This document shows positions 28,700 to 45,110 of a stretch of DNA of 64,000 bases, in pieces (the stretch's first letter is position 1; every line of letters starts with the position of its first letter). Source of the DNA: Eledone cirrhosa (lineage: Eukaryota); NCBI GenBank assembly GCA_964016885.1, contig OZ024740.1, forward strand, positions 198,958,001-199,022,000, given 5' to 3'. The translations under genes and the position numbers were made by a program. The notes below the pieces were generated by a model. It saw only the letters and a program-made list of their open reading frames with translations. It was not told the origin of the DNA and ran no database searches.

Positions 28700-29900
28700 C
28701 TTTCGATAATTTCGATCATCAAACCTGGCCCGTCTCAAAGGGCCAGATCGCTGCAATGTAAAATGACATATGATCGTGACTTCTATGGGGACTTTCGAAG
28801 ATAGTGTGTCCTGTTTGCCTCTTCTGTATGTAAAGCAGAGATATTGAGGTGCATCCCCCATGAACTACGATGCAAGAGATACGTGGCAGAATATGCTGAC
28901 AATTATACTGTTCTGGTGTCGGATACCATGATCATCGCGATGATTAGTATCGCGATGATTCGTATCGCTCTAAGGGTGCTAGATGCGGTGACAGAAGTGA
29001 AAACTAATCAGGAAACGTTGGTAAGCTTGCAGCGTAGCACATGGAGATACAGGTCTATGATATTTTATAGTGTCATGGAGTGATGTGACGCGGGACCGGT
29101 GAAATTGCTCGATAGTCTAGGTTGGTCCAGATTTCCAAGCAGAAAAAAAACATTATGAGGTGACAATCAGGGCGGTAAACCCCAGCCAAAAATGTGCCGA
29201 GAGGAAGCTTTCTCTAAAATGTCGAGCAGAGATGACAAATTCCTACGTTTCGACAAAAATCAATCTACGTGACGGACCTAAACTCTAGGACCATGGATAA
29301 TTTCCAGAAATAGCTCGCCTGGCAGTACTACCGATGAACTGCCAAGTCTATTCGGAAGATTGGTGTGCTGCGTTCCTTTAGACGGTAAGATCATGCGACC
29401 TTTACCTGTCTAGTGGTCATGGGGAGAGCGGTTGTATCATGGACAAAATTGAAAGGGTTGAAGAGAGATGCTTTCCAATTTGGCTCCCTCAAATTCAAAT
29501 GCTTTAAGTTTAACTTGAAAGCTAAATTTAGAGTGGAGTAAATTTGACGAAATGAAGATAGTAATGGCGAGTGTGGTTTGAACTTGTCGCTTAGTTGGCT
29601 GTTCTTTAAGAAAGGAAAATAGCTGAGTGACTAACCACGTAAATAATCTGTTCTTCACTCATAAGGAAACGATCCCACTCAGAGGCAGAGAGATCAATGT
29701 TATGACTATATCAGAAATAAGCTCGTGTCGTTTCTTTCTCTGGAAGAGATCGGCTGTCTAGAATTGTAGAGAGATGGGCTCCGTCAAGTTAAAATACCCA
29801 AGACACATCGTAAGTGATGACAGAAACCTATGACTCCAAGAGTTAAAAGACCCTGGCATATCATGGCAATTAACAAGTGCCTGAAGTAGATAGTAGCCAT
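28700..29900 (+). mobile_element. Old Tx1-clade ORF2 fragment with internal deletions
   Basis: RCIPHELRCKRYVAEYADNYTVLVS...STWRYRSM aligns with RGVPRELECGRTVSAYADDVTVVVS...GTWRGRSM at 48097. atggataatttccagaaatagctcgcctggcagtactaccg (about 29293) matches 49191. Confidence 0.8.
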
Positions 29901-31190
29901 TGACTATTGTAATAGAAAGAGAAATCAGAATGAAGTAAAAACTCAAATTTAAATCTTTCCTTGATTTCAGTTTGAAGCATATATTTCTCGAGCATGAAAC
30001 GAATTAAATGCTAATTAAATATATTCCTGGTCTTTGTCATTAATATACATTTTTCAGAATGTGAAGGTGGGTGAATTCGTGGCCTGGTAAGATCGAGCGT
30101 TTGAATCGCGGGGTCGCGTCTATACCTCTACCTGTAATTCAAAGGGTAAGCCTTATCACGCACCATGCACACTGAGTTTTTCATAGAATTAAAATGAAAG
30201 CACAACTATCTTTGAAATGCTAATTGTAAAAGCATACTCATCCGTTGTTCGAACAAATGAAACATTCATCGTCTAACCGACGAATGTCCAACACGCACAT
30301 CAGCATAATAATATATTTGATACATATTTTGCTCACAAGAATAAATAATATATTTCAAACAATTTGAATATAGCTTTATTTCTTTTATATTGTTCTCACA
30401 CTGATGGCTTAATTAATATGCATAATACATTTAAATATATTATTGCGATTGTATTTTAATATATTTTGCCGAAATACCTTCTATGAACCAGATCTAAAAA
30501 TATATATTAAATTTCCTTATACATTGTTCGGTTTTATTGACATAATACAGATAATTTCTTATATCTATAGGTGTCTAAGAGTCATAAATAGAATTCTTTT
30601 CATTAGCGTAGACATGTTACACACAACTAGAACTAAATCCCGTCTCTTTATCTTCCTAATTATTTGAATTTTATATATGCAAATTAATTATTAAATAAGT
30701 GATTTTTATTTGAATATATACATATATATATAATCGAATGGGCCTATTTAGGATCCGATGATGAGCATTCTAGGTGTTCAAGAACTGGAACAAGCTTCTT
30801 GTGAATATATATGAGCATACAACATACAGTACATCCAACAGGCGTACAAACAATGTCATCTACAGAATTTCACTGATAAGCTTTTGGTCGACCCGAGGCT
30901 ATCGCAAATGACTCAAGATATCACGGCGTGTGCTTGAACCCGAATCTACAAGGTCAAATTAAAGAAATATATGCAAAGTATAGAGACCCCCCCCACACAC
31001 ACACCCATATATATATATATATATATATAGTGGTAGAACACTAGAAGGTAATATCCGTAGTGGTAGACCACTTTGTCCATGGGACGAGTTAGGTAGAAGT
31101 GGTTACACAATAATTAGTTCACATACCGAGAACAATTGTTTCACCTTAGCGGATCCTCAGCTCGTAATCACTTACTGTTGTGTAACCACT

Positions 31191-31569
<379 letters not shown>

Positions 31570-31999
31570 GATATTAGAAGCCTAAAATGTCTAATGAAAC
31601 TGTTCAGAGAAATTTTGTTATTAATTTTCTGTTAACAATGTCACTATAAAACAAATGTTACTTACGAAAATTTGAGCTGCTTTAAACACCAGTGTACTGG
31701 AATGGTATATCTAAAAAATACCAGAAAAAAAGGATAAGATTAGAATATTGAATACAGACTGAATCAATATATAACATAACGTATTTGCCGGGCTGTCGGT
31801 CAATGAGAAGCAATTTTGCCCAAAGGATTTCGTGTCAAGTCTTGCTAGTGTCTTATACGCCGATAGTACGAATATAAATATATCCATATGGTTTCGGAGA
31901 CAGGATATTGAAAGTAGGGATGCTACTTTTTCATGTTTTAATGAATTCCATATAATGCTGTTATAAACATTTCCGAATATATCTCTTAGCAGATTAAAT

Positions 32000-32187
32000 A
32001 ATTGTTTCTACTTTGGGCACAAGGCCAGCAATTCCTCAGGGCATTACTGGTACTTTATTTTATCGAGCCCGTAAGGATGAAAGGTAAAGTTAACCTCGGC
32101 GGGATTTGAACTCAGATCGTAAAGGGACGTAACTATGCTGGAAAGCATGGCGTCCGACCCTCTACCGATACTGCCAATTCACCGCCC
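32000..32187 (-). mobile_element. tRNA-derived SINE, full length, followed by a duplicated 3' end (32193-32245)
   Basis: Reverse complement of the 26690 family. Confidence 0.85.
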
Positions 32188-32394
32188 ACTCAGATTAAAT
32201 AATTGTTTCTACTTTAGGCACAAGGCCAGCCACTCAGATTAAATAATGTATGATGGACAGACAAGACTTCATCAGATGGCATGCTACAAAAAGAAAAAAA
32301 GAAATAAAAAGAAAATAAGGATTACATATTGCCGGTGATAAATCAAAAGAATTGCCCAATATGCTATGTTCGGTGTTGTTCCCTCTTGGGGGCT

Positions 32395-32400
32395 CAGCAA

Positions 32401-32439
<39 letters not shown>

Positions 32440-32445
32440 TAGTAC

Positions 32446-32479
<34 letters not shown>

Positions 32480-32510
32480 TGTTGTTGTTGTTGTTGTTTT
32501 TGTTGTTGTT
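32395..32510. repeat. Compound (CAG)n(TAG)n(TTG)n microsatellite
   Basis: Visible directly. Confidence 0.95.
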
Positions 32511-32559
32511 CTGGTAGGATGGAAGCACAACATTTATTTATAAAGAGACACCAGAAAAT

Positions 32560-33560
32560 CCTGATAACTGGTAATTAGAACGTTACAACCCTTATAGGCA
32601 AGTAGTAGGGAGTAGTGGCGGAAGCCAGATGCTACCGGTTAGGTATAGTCGGGTTTCCCTCAATATAGTTTTATTTCTGTTATTTTGTAGTTTTTTTTGA
32701 TGGACGATGGAAACTATTCAAGTGTGGCACAAGAACACATTTCACATGTGTGTGGAGGATGGGAATATTCACAAGCCCCGGTTGTCAGAATGTGTTATAA
32801 ACTGCATCTCACTGGAAGGAATGATTTCGTTCTTGAAGCTTAGGCCGAGAGAAAGGTCTATGTGGGTAGTGGAGGTTTATGCGCCAAACAGAGAGCCCGA
32901 CTACAGATTCTGTCTTCATGAATTCAATGCAGCATTATAAATAGTTATGAATGAATCATATATCCTAATGAGAGACATCAATCCACATGAATCTCGAAAT
33001 ACCGGATAAAGGGGACGGCGCTGTCGGATATGAAATTCTGGATCAGGCATGCGGATATTATTGCCTCCAAATTCAATGACCCCCCCCCCCCAGCAAACCG
33101 ATGTCGCTGTAACGGAGTAGACACTTTTCAACACGGTATTTTCTATTTATTAAATGCTGTGACAAGGCCGCAGGAGAAATTGGAATTCGGTCAAATATGC
33201 TAAAAACCGTAAATAGTGTGAGTATTCTCTGTATGGCCAGTGTGAGCCGGTTGCCTTGGATCACTGGAAAGGCAAATAAGAAATGGCATTCGGGAGTGAT
33301 AATCCCAATTTTCAAAAAGGGAGACAACAGAGATTGCTCCAATTATAGAGATATCTCCTTTTTAAGCCTCCATGGTAAATGACTGGCAGTGTCTGGCAAC
33401 GTGATGTATGTATATTATCGAGATGAAACTAGATTGTATAGATTTTCACCACAGATTCAGCAAATCCAACCAAATAAATATTTTGGTATATGACCACGGG
33501 AGCTGTTGTTGAAGATTCTGCAAGACTATGGAGTCGGTGGACAGCTTCTTATTACCCTAA
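32560..33560 (+). mobile_element. RTE-clade LINE relics
   Basis: VVEVYAPN (APE) and WHSGVIIPIFKKGDNRDCSNYRDISFLSLHGK (RT domain 1-2). Confidence 0.75.
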
Positions 33561-34520
33561 TGAATGTCTGACAAGTGAAAGAACCGTATTATCTGGATGA
33601 AAACAAGACAGACAAATGGTTCCACTGAATCGTCTTGAGAAAAATCTCAAAAGTCTTAATTGGCCACTTTCAGCAGATTTCGTCTATGTTAAAAATATGC
33701 TTTTATCATAGTGTAGGATGGTGGATTGGTAGAGATTGTTGCGTGTCGAATAACCTGATTGCACTTGTTCATTCTGACACTTTACGTTTCGGGTTCGGTA
33801 CAATAAAGTGCTTCTGAAGGAGTGGGGTAAATATAACCAGATTTCCTTACCTTGAAATTGCTCGCCTTGTAGCAAAATTAGAAATCATTCATATATTAGA
33901 AACCATTATACCACACGATAATAAATTATCAAGGAATATCGCAAATAAAATGATATTAATTATGACCGAACTGCTTAAAGAAGATAATAAATTCTCAGGG
34001 AAGAAAGAGTAGACAAACACAAATGAATAGATATGCGAAAAATAATTTATGACCTCACATATCAAATGCAAAGACCTGACCGAATGATGTGTTTCTAAAA
34101 AAAATTTATTCATATAACCTAAGGCAATGCATCATTTTTTCTGTAATATAGTCGTCATTCATTTTAGCTATCTATGCGAAGACATATAAATATATATATC
34201 TAGATAGCCCACCCACACACTCATGTTAACGTATGCGTGTATATATATGTGTGTGTGTGTGTGTGTGTATAAGGGAGAGAGAAAAGTAAGAGAGAAATGG
34301 ATAAAATTGAAAGAGAAATATATACGTAGATAGATACGTAGGTGGATAGTGATTACTCAATATTCCCTTGCCTTATGGTCCATATAATTAAATATGCGTC
34401 TCCTTCCCTGACTTCAATTCTTGATTCCAATATTTCCCGCTCTAGGCATTGAACCATTTAAAATGCGTTCAATGCCAACTTTCGAAAGGATATATATATA
34501 TATACATATATATATATGTG

Positions 34521-34561
<41 letters not shown>

Positions 34562-34648
34562 ATATATATATATATTTATATATATATATATGTATATACA
34601 TATGTATATATATGGATATATATATATATATATGTGTGTGTGTACATA

Positions 34649-34689
<41 letters not shown>

Positions 34690-34740
34690 GGAGAGAGAAA
34701 TAAATAGATTGATAGATGGATAGATAGATAGACAAACTAA

Positions 34741-34811
<71 letters not shown>

Positions 34812-35213
34812 GGCATTCATGTGTGTGTGTGCATGTGTACGTACATATAGATATATGTACATAAGTTTTGTATGTAAAGGCTAAAGGTTAAATAATATAA
34901 TTTACATATATATTGATGCATAGATTGAGTTATATGCCTAGTTATGCTGATGTTGTTCTCGAACAAACTCTAACGTAGTGGCTAGTGAGTCACTATTTTT
35001 GAAACGAATATGAAAAATATAAACGTTTATAGGAAAAAAATAAACAAATGGAAATACATCAATGGTCAAATCGATTATAAGAATGAAAACTTTGAGAAAA
35101 CAGTTTTACTTGGTGCTGTATTGAGTTGATGTATATAAAATATTTTGTGTGTTATATTTCCGAATCATATCGACGTACACTCTAAAAACGTAATACGTGT
35201 TTTCCCTTATATA

Positions 35214-35831
<618 letters not shown>

Positions 35832-35834
35832 TAA

Positions 35835-35882
35835 ATATAAGTATGTACACGTACATACATATATGTATACAGACGTACAGTA

Positions 35883-35917
<35 letters not shown>

Positions 35918-36636
35918 CATGCACACATATATATATGTACGTATGGATTCACCGAACATTTATTATAATGCTCGGTGTGTTTGTAAACAAACATCCCGTA
36001 TTAAGCCGTAGTATCTAGCAACCATCGTTGCTCGTTTGTTCAACACTGACAAAGGAACGTCTTACTAGTTTCAAGCTTATTAGCTATCGTCAGTAACGTA
36101 TACCTTCCTTCCAGATTGTTGAACGTATATACTTACCTTATGCATATTAACGGCTGAGTAGCCCAATTTGCCTATCAAGTGGGTTAATCGGCCGGGTGCA
36201 CCGAAAACGATAAACGGAAAAAAGGAAACGAAATTTCATTTCCGACTCTTAGTACGGCTGTTACTTAAATATAAGTATGTACACGTATAAGGTAAGTATA
36301 TACGTTAAACAATCTGGCAGGAAGGTATACGTTGCTAACGATAGCTAATAAGCTTGAAACTAATACAGCGTTCCTTTGTCAGTGTTGAACAAACGAGCAA
36401 CGAAGGTTGCTAGACACTACGGCTTAATACGGGATGTTTGTTTACAAACACACCGAGCATTATAATAAATGTTCCGTGAATCCATACGTACATATATATA
36501 TGTGTGCATGTATGTATATATATATATATACATACTACTGTACGTCTGTATACATATATGTATGTACGTGTACATACTTATATTTAAGTAACAGCCGTAC
36601 TAAGAGTGGGAAATGGAATTTCGTTTCATTTTTTCC

Positions 36637-36640
<4 letters not shown>
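35835..36640. mobile_element. Fold-back insert of the 443-bp hammerhead repeat family
   Basis: 35835-36140 is the inverted copy of 36287-36590. Minus-strand CTGACGA tagctaataagctt GAAACTAGTA at 36057-36099. Homologous to 39490-40318. Confidence 0.85.
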
Positions 36641-36674
<34 letters not shown>

Positions 36675-37373
36675 TGATAAATCCACCAATTAATTGTAGG
36701 GTGCACGCCGTATGAAGAACTCAATGTAATCCGTATGTAGAAGATATCGTGAAGCAAATTTAGAATATTAAATTTCAATGATATAATTCATTGGAAGCAG
36801 AGTCAAAATAAGACAAATAGTGAAAACAATGAAAGTAAACAAAATATGTGTAATTCATAGTAAAACACATTATTTTACAATCGTTTCAGAGGGGTAGTTC
36901 TCCGTATATTCATTCTATTAGTTATCTATGTAAAATATATTACAAATTATCAAAGTAAGAAAATATACATAAGTCTTCCCTACTCGCCGTCTTAATATAT
37001 ATATATATATATGTATATATCATCATCATCATTTTATGTCCGCTTTTCCCTGCTTGCAAGGGTGGGACGGGAACTGATTCTGGCTAGATTTCTACAGCTG
37101 GATTCCCTTTTTAACACCAACCTCATTTACAGTGAGTGCTGGGGTTTTTTTCCGTGGAGCCTACACGTCCACATTACAGTGTGGGCTGGGTGCTTTTTTT
37201 GCCGTGGCACCTCCACCACCACGTTGCAGTGGAATGATTGGGAGCCCAGTCCTACCATATACTTTCTACAGCTGAGTAAACTGGATAAATGTGCAATAAA
37301 GTGTCTTCCTCAAGGAAACAACACATAGCCCTGTCTGAGAATTGAACTCACAACCTTTCGATTGTAATATATA

Positions 37374-37414
<41 letters not shown>

Positions 37415-37418
<4 letters not shown>

Positions 37419-37612
37419 CGAAGGAAGTGTGGTAAGGAACCACATGGACCGTACCGCACCAGAGTAATTGATAGTTACGGCAGTAGAGTGGTAACAGCAA
37501 AAGAATAAAGGAGCCCAGCGGGTGAGTTGCGGCCGTTTCAACAGCTAAGTACTAAGTATCGAGTACTCTGGTGCGGTATGGTCCACCTGGTTCCTTACCA
37601 CACGTTCTTTTT
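37415..37612. mobile_element. Cruciform element ('gaccccgacgg' family), degenerate
   Basis: Inverted arms gtgtggtaaggaacc...gcaccagagta / tactctggtgc...ggttccttaccacac. Confidence 0.75.
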
Positions 37613-37783
37613 ATATATATATATATATATATATTTATTAAAATTTGCTCTACGGTTTCTCATATATTTGATATATATTTATCCTTATCGAGCCCTCTTT
37701 GGATCTAATTTATTTCTAATTTATTATTATTACTATATATATATATATATTTAGTTATGTAAGAAACAACATAAGATAATTAT

Positions 37784-37841
37784 TTCATTTACCAGTGGTT
37801 TCTTGAAAGCAGATATATCTGTTTTCAGTCGTCAGAATGAA
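37784..37841 (-). ncRNA. Type I hammerhead ribozyme (left arm copy)
   Basis: Exact reverse complement of 42085-42142. Confidence 0.85.
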
Positions 37842-38411
37842 TAAAACATGGTGCTTTTATAAAATATGGATTTTAAAATAAAATATAAGAAAGATGAAAG
37901 TGAGTCTGAGAAAACAACGGCTGAAGAGGAAGGGGAGAAAGAAAAAACAAGAAAAAAAAAAAAATGCATATGTATATATAAAAACAATAAATATATAAAC
38001 ATAAACACACTCAAACACGCGCATATACTTAAAAAGTACGCAGACGTAAACTTTCTCACTTAAGCGTATAGCTATCTACAGGCATGCAGAACATACATAC
38101 ACATACATATACATGAAGTAATAACAATAAATAAATAAATGAATAAGAACAAAAATACAAAGTCAAAAATAAAAGATACATTTTGACAACGATAAGTGAG
38201 AGGAGGGGGCGGGGTTTAAAAATAATTAAAAATAAACAAATGCACGAAGTGTGCATATACATAAATATACATGTACATAACATGTATATACATATATATA
38301 TATATGTATACACACATACATACATACATACACACGCACACACAAAAACGTGCACAAATACTCATACACACGTACAAAAACACATACACAAATGTATTTG
38401 TATATACATAG

Positions 38412-38490
<79 letters not shown>

Positions 38491-38978
38491 AATATATACC
38501 AAAAATATAAAAATATAACATATCAAATAAACATACGTACATATCCACATATAGATACACATGCGTGCAAAAATACATATACACATATACATACACACGC
38601 ATACACACGTATATAAAAACATGCATACAATAAAATATACTAACACACATATAAACCCTACAAAAAAGAGCATAGGTACAAAGTCTACGTACAAACGTAT
38701 ACACATACGTGCACTCGCACGTAATAAGAAATCAACACACGCATACAAAACAATACGTAAGACTATACAGACAAAAACAAAAGCATATATACAACCGCAT
38801 ACACACAACTATATACGTAAACACATACATAGAACCATATATACGTATAATATAAACATAAATAAACTCACACACATAAATATATATACATACAAACACA
38901 TACATACACACACATATATATATATACACACACACATACAAATACATACACACGTATTTATATACATATACATATATA

Positions 38979-39484
<506 letters not shown>

Positions 39485-39489
39485 ATTAT

Positions 39490-40316
39490 TTATATGCATA
39501 AGGAAAGTATATACTTTCAGACGTTCAACCATCTGACAGGAAGATATACAATGCTGACGATAGTTAATAAGCTTGAAACTAGTACATCGTTCCTGTGTCA
39601 GTGTTGAACAAAAAGGTGACGTGGTTGCCTAAACACTGTACGGCGTATTTCGGGCTGTTTGTTTGTTTCCAAACAAACAAACCGAGCATTATAATAAATG
39701 TTCGGTAAACCGATACGTGCATATATACATGTGTGCATGTATGTATATATATATACAAAATAATGTACGTCTGTATACATATATGTATCTACATATACAT
39801 ACATAGATACTTACATTTAAGTAAGTGCCGTACTAAGAGTGAGAAATGAAATTTCGTTTCATTCTATTCCATTTATCCTTTTCGGTGTACCCGGCCGACT
39901 GAACTCACTCGATATGCAAATTAGGCTGCTCAGCCGTTAATATGTATAAGGAAAGTACTTTCAGACGTTCAACCATCTGACAGGAGATATACGATGCTGA
40001 CGATAGCTAATACGCTTGAAACTAGTACATCGTTCCTGTGTCAGAGTTGAACAAAAAGGTGACTGTGTTGCCTAAACACTGTAAGGCGTATTTCGGGCTG
40101 TTTGTTTGTTTACAAACAAACAAACCGAGCATTATAATAAATGTTCGGTAAACCGATACGTGCATATATATATATGTGTGCATGTATGTATATATATACA
40201 TAATAATGTACGTCTGTATACATATATGTATCTACATATACATACATAGATACTTACATTTAAGTAAGTGCCATATTAAGAGTGAGAAATGAAATTTCGT
40301 TTCATTCTATTCCATT

Positions 40317-40318
<2 letters not shown>
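39490..40318 (+). mobile_element. Tandem hammerhead repeat (retrozyme/pLTR-like), 443-bp unit, about 1.9 copies
   Basis: CTGACGA at 39554 and 39997; the units are nearly identical. Confidence 0.85.
39991..40033 (+). ncRNA. Minimal type I hammerhead ribozyme (second copy at 39548-39590)
   Basis: acgatg CTGACGA tagctaatacgctt GAAA CTAGT A catcgt; 6-bp stem I; palindromic ACTAGT stem III. Confidence 0.85.
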
Positions 40319-40397
<79 letters not shown>

Positions 40398-40514
40398 GTA
40401 TGTATGTGTACGTATGTATGTGTGTGTGTTTGTGTGTATATATATTTATATATATATATATAAATATATTTATAATATATATAAATATATATAAATATAT
40501 ATTTCACTGTTTTA

Positions 40515-40592
40515 AATTGCCTTGTCCGACGAAAGAATGAGGACGTTTTTCGTATTCGTCTTATTCGGGAAACCTGTGGTAATCAGGTAATT
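40515..40592 (+). ncRNA. Type I hammerhead-like motif, U4C variant, within the short insert 40503-40695
   Basis: aattgccttgt CCGACGA aa gaatgaggacg..cgtcttattc gg GAAAC ctgtg GTA atcaggtaatt. Confidence 0.55.
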
Positions 40593-40790
40593 ATATTGTA
40601 TTGTTTATTATACATTAAATTTTGCTCTGGTACTTACATAGAGCACTCTTCACTCCTATGACTTTTTCAATTTTCAACGGAAATCTCAATACCTATATAT
40701 ATATATATATATACATATATACACAAACACACACACACACACATACGTACACATACATATATACATATATATATATACACACACACACAC

Positions 40791-40827
<37 letters not shown>

Positions 40828-40964
40828 CATAGATGTGTGTGTGTATATATATATATGTATATATGTATGTATGTGTACGTATGTATGTGTGTGTATGTTT
40901 GTGTGTATATATATATTTATATATATATATATATAATATAAACATATGTATATGTATATATATG

Positions 40965-41025
<61 letters not shown>

Positions 41026-42084
41026 ATGTTTTTGTATGTATATATATTTATGTGTGTGAGTTTTTTTTTTATAGTATACGTATATATGGTTTTATGTATG
41101 TGTTTACGTATATAGTTGTGTGTATGCGGTTGTATATATGCTTTTGTTTTTGTCTGTATAATCTTACGTATTGTTTTGTATGCGTGTGTTGATTTCTTAT
41201 TACGTGCGAGTGCACGTATGTGTATACGTTTGTACGTAGACTTTGTACCAATGCTCTTTTTTGTAGGGTTTATATGTGTGTTAGTATATTTTGTTGTATG
41301 CATGTTTTTATATACGTGTGTATGTGTATGTGTATATGTATTTTTGCACGCATGTGTATGTGTATGTGGATATGTACGTATGTTTATTTGATATGTTATA
41401 TTTTTATATTTTTGTGCATATATATATATATGTGTGTGTGTATATATATATTTATATACACATACTTTTGTGTATGTGTTTTTATACGTGTGTATAAGTA
41501 TTTGTGCATGTTTTTGTGTGTGTGTATGTATATATATATATGTGTATACATTATATATATATATATGTATATACATGTTAGGTACATGTATATACATTGT
41601 TTATTTTTAATTGTTTTTACCCCCCCCCCCCTCCTCTCACTTATCGTTGTCAAAATGTATCTTGTATATGCACACCTCGTCCATTTGTTTATTTTTAATT
41701 GTTTTTACCCCCCCCCCCCCCCCCCCCCTCCTCTCACTTATCGTTGTCAAAATGTATCTTTTATTTTTGACTTTGTATTTTTGTTCTTATTCATTTATTT
41801 ATTTATTGTTATTACTTCATGTATATGTATGTGTATGTATGTTCTGCATGCCTGTAGATAGCTATACGCTTAAGTGAGAATGTTTACGTCTGCGTACTTT
41901 TTAAGTATTTGAGTGTGTGTATGTTTATATATTTATTGTTTTTATATATACATATGTTTTTTTTGTTTTTTTTTCTTGTTTTTTCTTTCTCCCCTTCCTC
42001 TTCGGCCGTTGTTTTCTCAGACTCACTTTCATCTTTCTTATATTTTATTTTAAATTCCATATTTTATAAAAGCACCATGTTTTA

Positions 42085-42142
42085 TTCATTCTGACGACTG
42101 AAAACAGATATATCTGCTTTCAAGAAACCACTGGTAAATGAA
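42085..42142 (+). ncRNA. Type I hammerhead ribozyme with canonical core
   Basis: ttcatt CTGACGA ctgaaaacagatatatctgctttcaa GAAAC cactg GTA aatgaa; all three stems pair. Confidence 0.88.
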
Positions 42143-42574
42143 ATAATTATCTTATGTTGTTTATTAGAATAAGCTATGTAGCCTACATAGAGCACTCTTT
42201 TTTCTTGTACCTGGTATATAATATACTTCACTGCTTTTGACATTAGCTGGTGATATGCATGTAAGTAAATATTCTCCCTATCTGATATTTTGTAACTAAC
42301 CTTACATAGATCGATAAATAAGTAGAGTTACGATGCATTATCATCACCTAGAAACGATCGTAAAGCAGTGAAGTGTATTTCTAATGACTTGATTTTTTAT
42401 TTCATTGTTTTAATTTATATAATGATTCTGTTTACCTTTTAACGTTTTATTGTTTTCCGGGATTTATTTTAATCTACAACATTTTCAACATATGGATTAC
42501 ATTGAGTTCTTCATGCAGACTAGACCCCACAACTTACCGTGGATATCTCTGTATATATATATATATATATACAA

Positions 42575-42756
42575 TAATTCTTTCTACTTTTGGCACAAGG
42601 CCAGGAATTATCCAGTGTATTACTGGTATTTTATTTTATCGACCCCGTAAGGATGAAAGGCAAAGTTAACTTCTGTGGGATTTGAACTCAGAATGGCAAG
42701 GGCCGTAACTCTATGCGTCAAAGCATGGCGTCCGCCCCTCTACCGATACTGCCAAC
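42575..42756 (-). mobile_element. tRNA-derived SINE
   Basis: Same family as 26690. Confidence 0.85.
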
Positions 42757-42949
42757 CAAATACATGCACACTAATACGACAAATATATTCCTCTACATGC
42801 ACACAATCAATCCCCTAGAGTCAATTACACCTGAATACACGCATACACGAACTCATAAACAAACGTGTACTCAATCATACAATAACATACACATATGCAT
42901 AGATAAATAAAAAACTACACTCATATCCCACACATAATCTATACTCACA

Positions 42950-44680
42950 CTTACGTGCACACACATACACCGCAAACATCCCACACATAACCTACACTCC
43001 CACGTACGTGCACACACATACACCGCAAACATCCAACACATAACCTACACTCCCACGTACGTGCACACACATACACCGCAAACATCCAACACATAACCTA
43101 CACTCCCACGTACGTGCACACACATACACCGCAAACATCCAACACATAACCTACACTCCCACATACGTGCACACACATACACCGCAAACATCCAACACAT
43201 AACCTACACTCCCACATACGTGCACACACATACACCACAAACATCCCACACATAAACCTACAATCCCACGTACGTGCACACACATACACCATAAACATCC
43301 CACACATAAAACTACACTCCCACGTACGTGCACACACATACACCACAAACATACCACACATAAAACTACACTCCCACGTACATGCACACACATACACCAT
43401 AAACATCCCACACATAAACCTACACTCCCACGTACGTGCACAAACATACACCGCAAACATCCCACACATAAACCTACAATCCCACGTACGTGCACACACA
43501 TACACCATAAACATCCCACACATAAAACTACACTCCCACGTACGTGCACACACATACACCACAAACATACCACACATAAACCTACACTCCCACGTACGTG
43601 CACACACATACATTGCGAATATCTCACACATAAATCTACAATCCCACGTACATGCACACACATACACCATAAACATCCCACACATAAACCTACACTCCCA
43701 CGTACGTGCACACACATACACCGCAAACATACCACACATAAACCAACACACGCACGTACGTGCACACACATACACCACAAACATACCACACATAAACCTA
43801 CACTCCCACCTACGTGCACACACATACACCGCAAACATACCACACATAAACCTATACACGCACGTACGTGCACACACATACACCATAAACATCCCACACA
43901 TAAACCTACACACGCACGTACGTTCACACACATACACCACAAACATACCACACATAAACCTACACACGCACGTACGTGCACACACGTACACCACACACAT
44001 ACCACACATAAACCTACACACGCACGTACGTGCACACACGTACACAACAAACATACCATACATAAACCTACACTCCCACGTACGTGCACACACATACACC
44101 ACACACATGCCACACATAAACTTACACACGCACGTACGTGCACACACATACACCACAAACATACCACACATAAACCTACACTCCCACGTACGTGCACACA
44201 CATACACCACACACATGCCACACATAAACCTACACTCCCACGTACGTGCACACACATACACCACAAACATACCACACATAAACCTACACTCCCACGTACG
44301 TGCACACACATACACCACAAACATACCACACATAAACCTACACACGCACGTACGTGCACACACGTACACCACAAACATACCACACATAAACCTACACACG
44401 CACGTACGTGCACACACGTACACCACAAACATACCATACATAAACCTACACACGCACGTACGTGCACACACATAAACCATAAATATACCATACATATCTA
44501 CACACGCACGTGCACACACGTACACCACAAATATACCATACATGAATCTACACACGCACGTACGTGCACACACGTACACCACAAACATACCATACATATA
44601 CCTACATACGCACCTACGTTCACACACGTACACCACAAACATACCATACATAAACCTATACACGCACGTATGTGCTTACA
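42950..44680. repeat. Minisatellite, 53/54-bp unit, about 32 copies
   Basis: CACGTA at 43001 and 43054 (53 bp apart) and at 43321 and 43375 (54 bp apart). Confidence 0.95.
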
Positions 44681-45110
44681 CACACAACAGAAGAATTCTG
44701 ACACACACGTGTAGATACAAACAATGAAAAACACATACACAATCGTACACACTCATGCACACAGAAACACAAACAAACGTGTGGAAATACACACCGACAC
44801 TCATACACAAACCTACACACTCTCATAAAACCATACACATTTAGCACATGCACGCACACACACAGCTACAAAAAAACAAGCGCAAACATACACACACACG
44901 CTCATAGAAACACACCCTTACATGCCCATACTTAAAAACACACACACGTGCACACACATAAAATCAAAATAATAGAGTTCACAGACAATATAAATGATTC
45001 ACATACAGGCGCGTGTGCACCCATGCACAAACACAGAAAGTAGCAATAATGCACAACCACGAAATTCACCCCCATCGGCACTCATATACCCACATCTATA
45101 ACAATAGATA

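Noticed and set aside
43098-44663. 521-aa and 446-aa Cys/Val-rich ORFs
   Set aside because: Translations of a stop-free 54-bp minisatellite; no unique domain.
42950-44680. CRISPR-like regular array
   Set aside because: No unique spacers and no cas genes; eukaryotic context.
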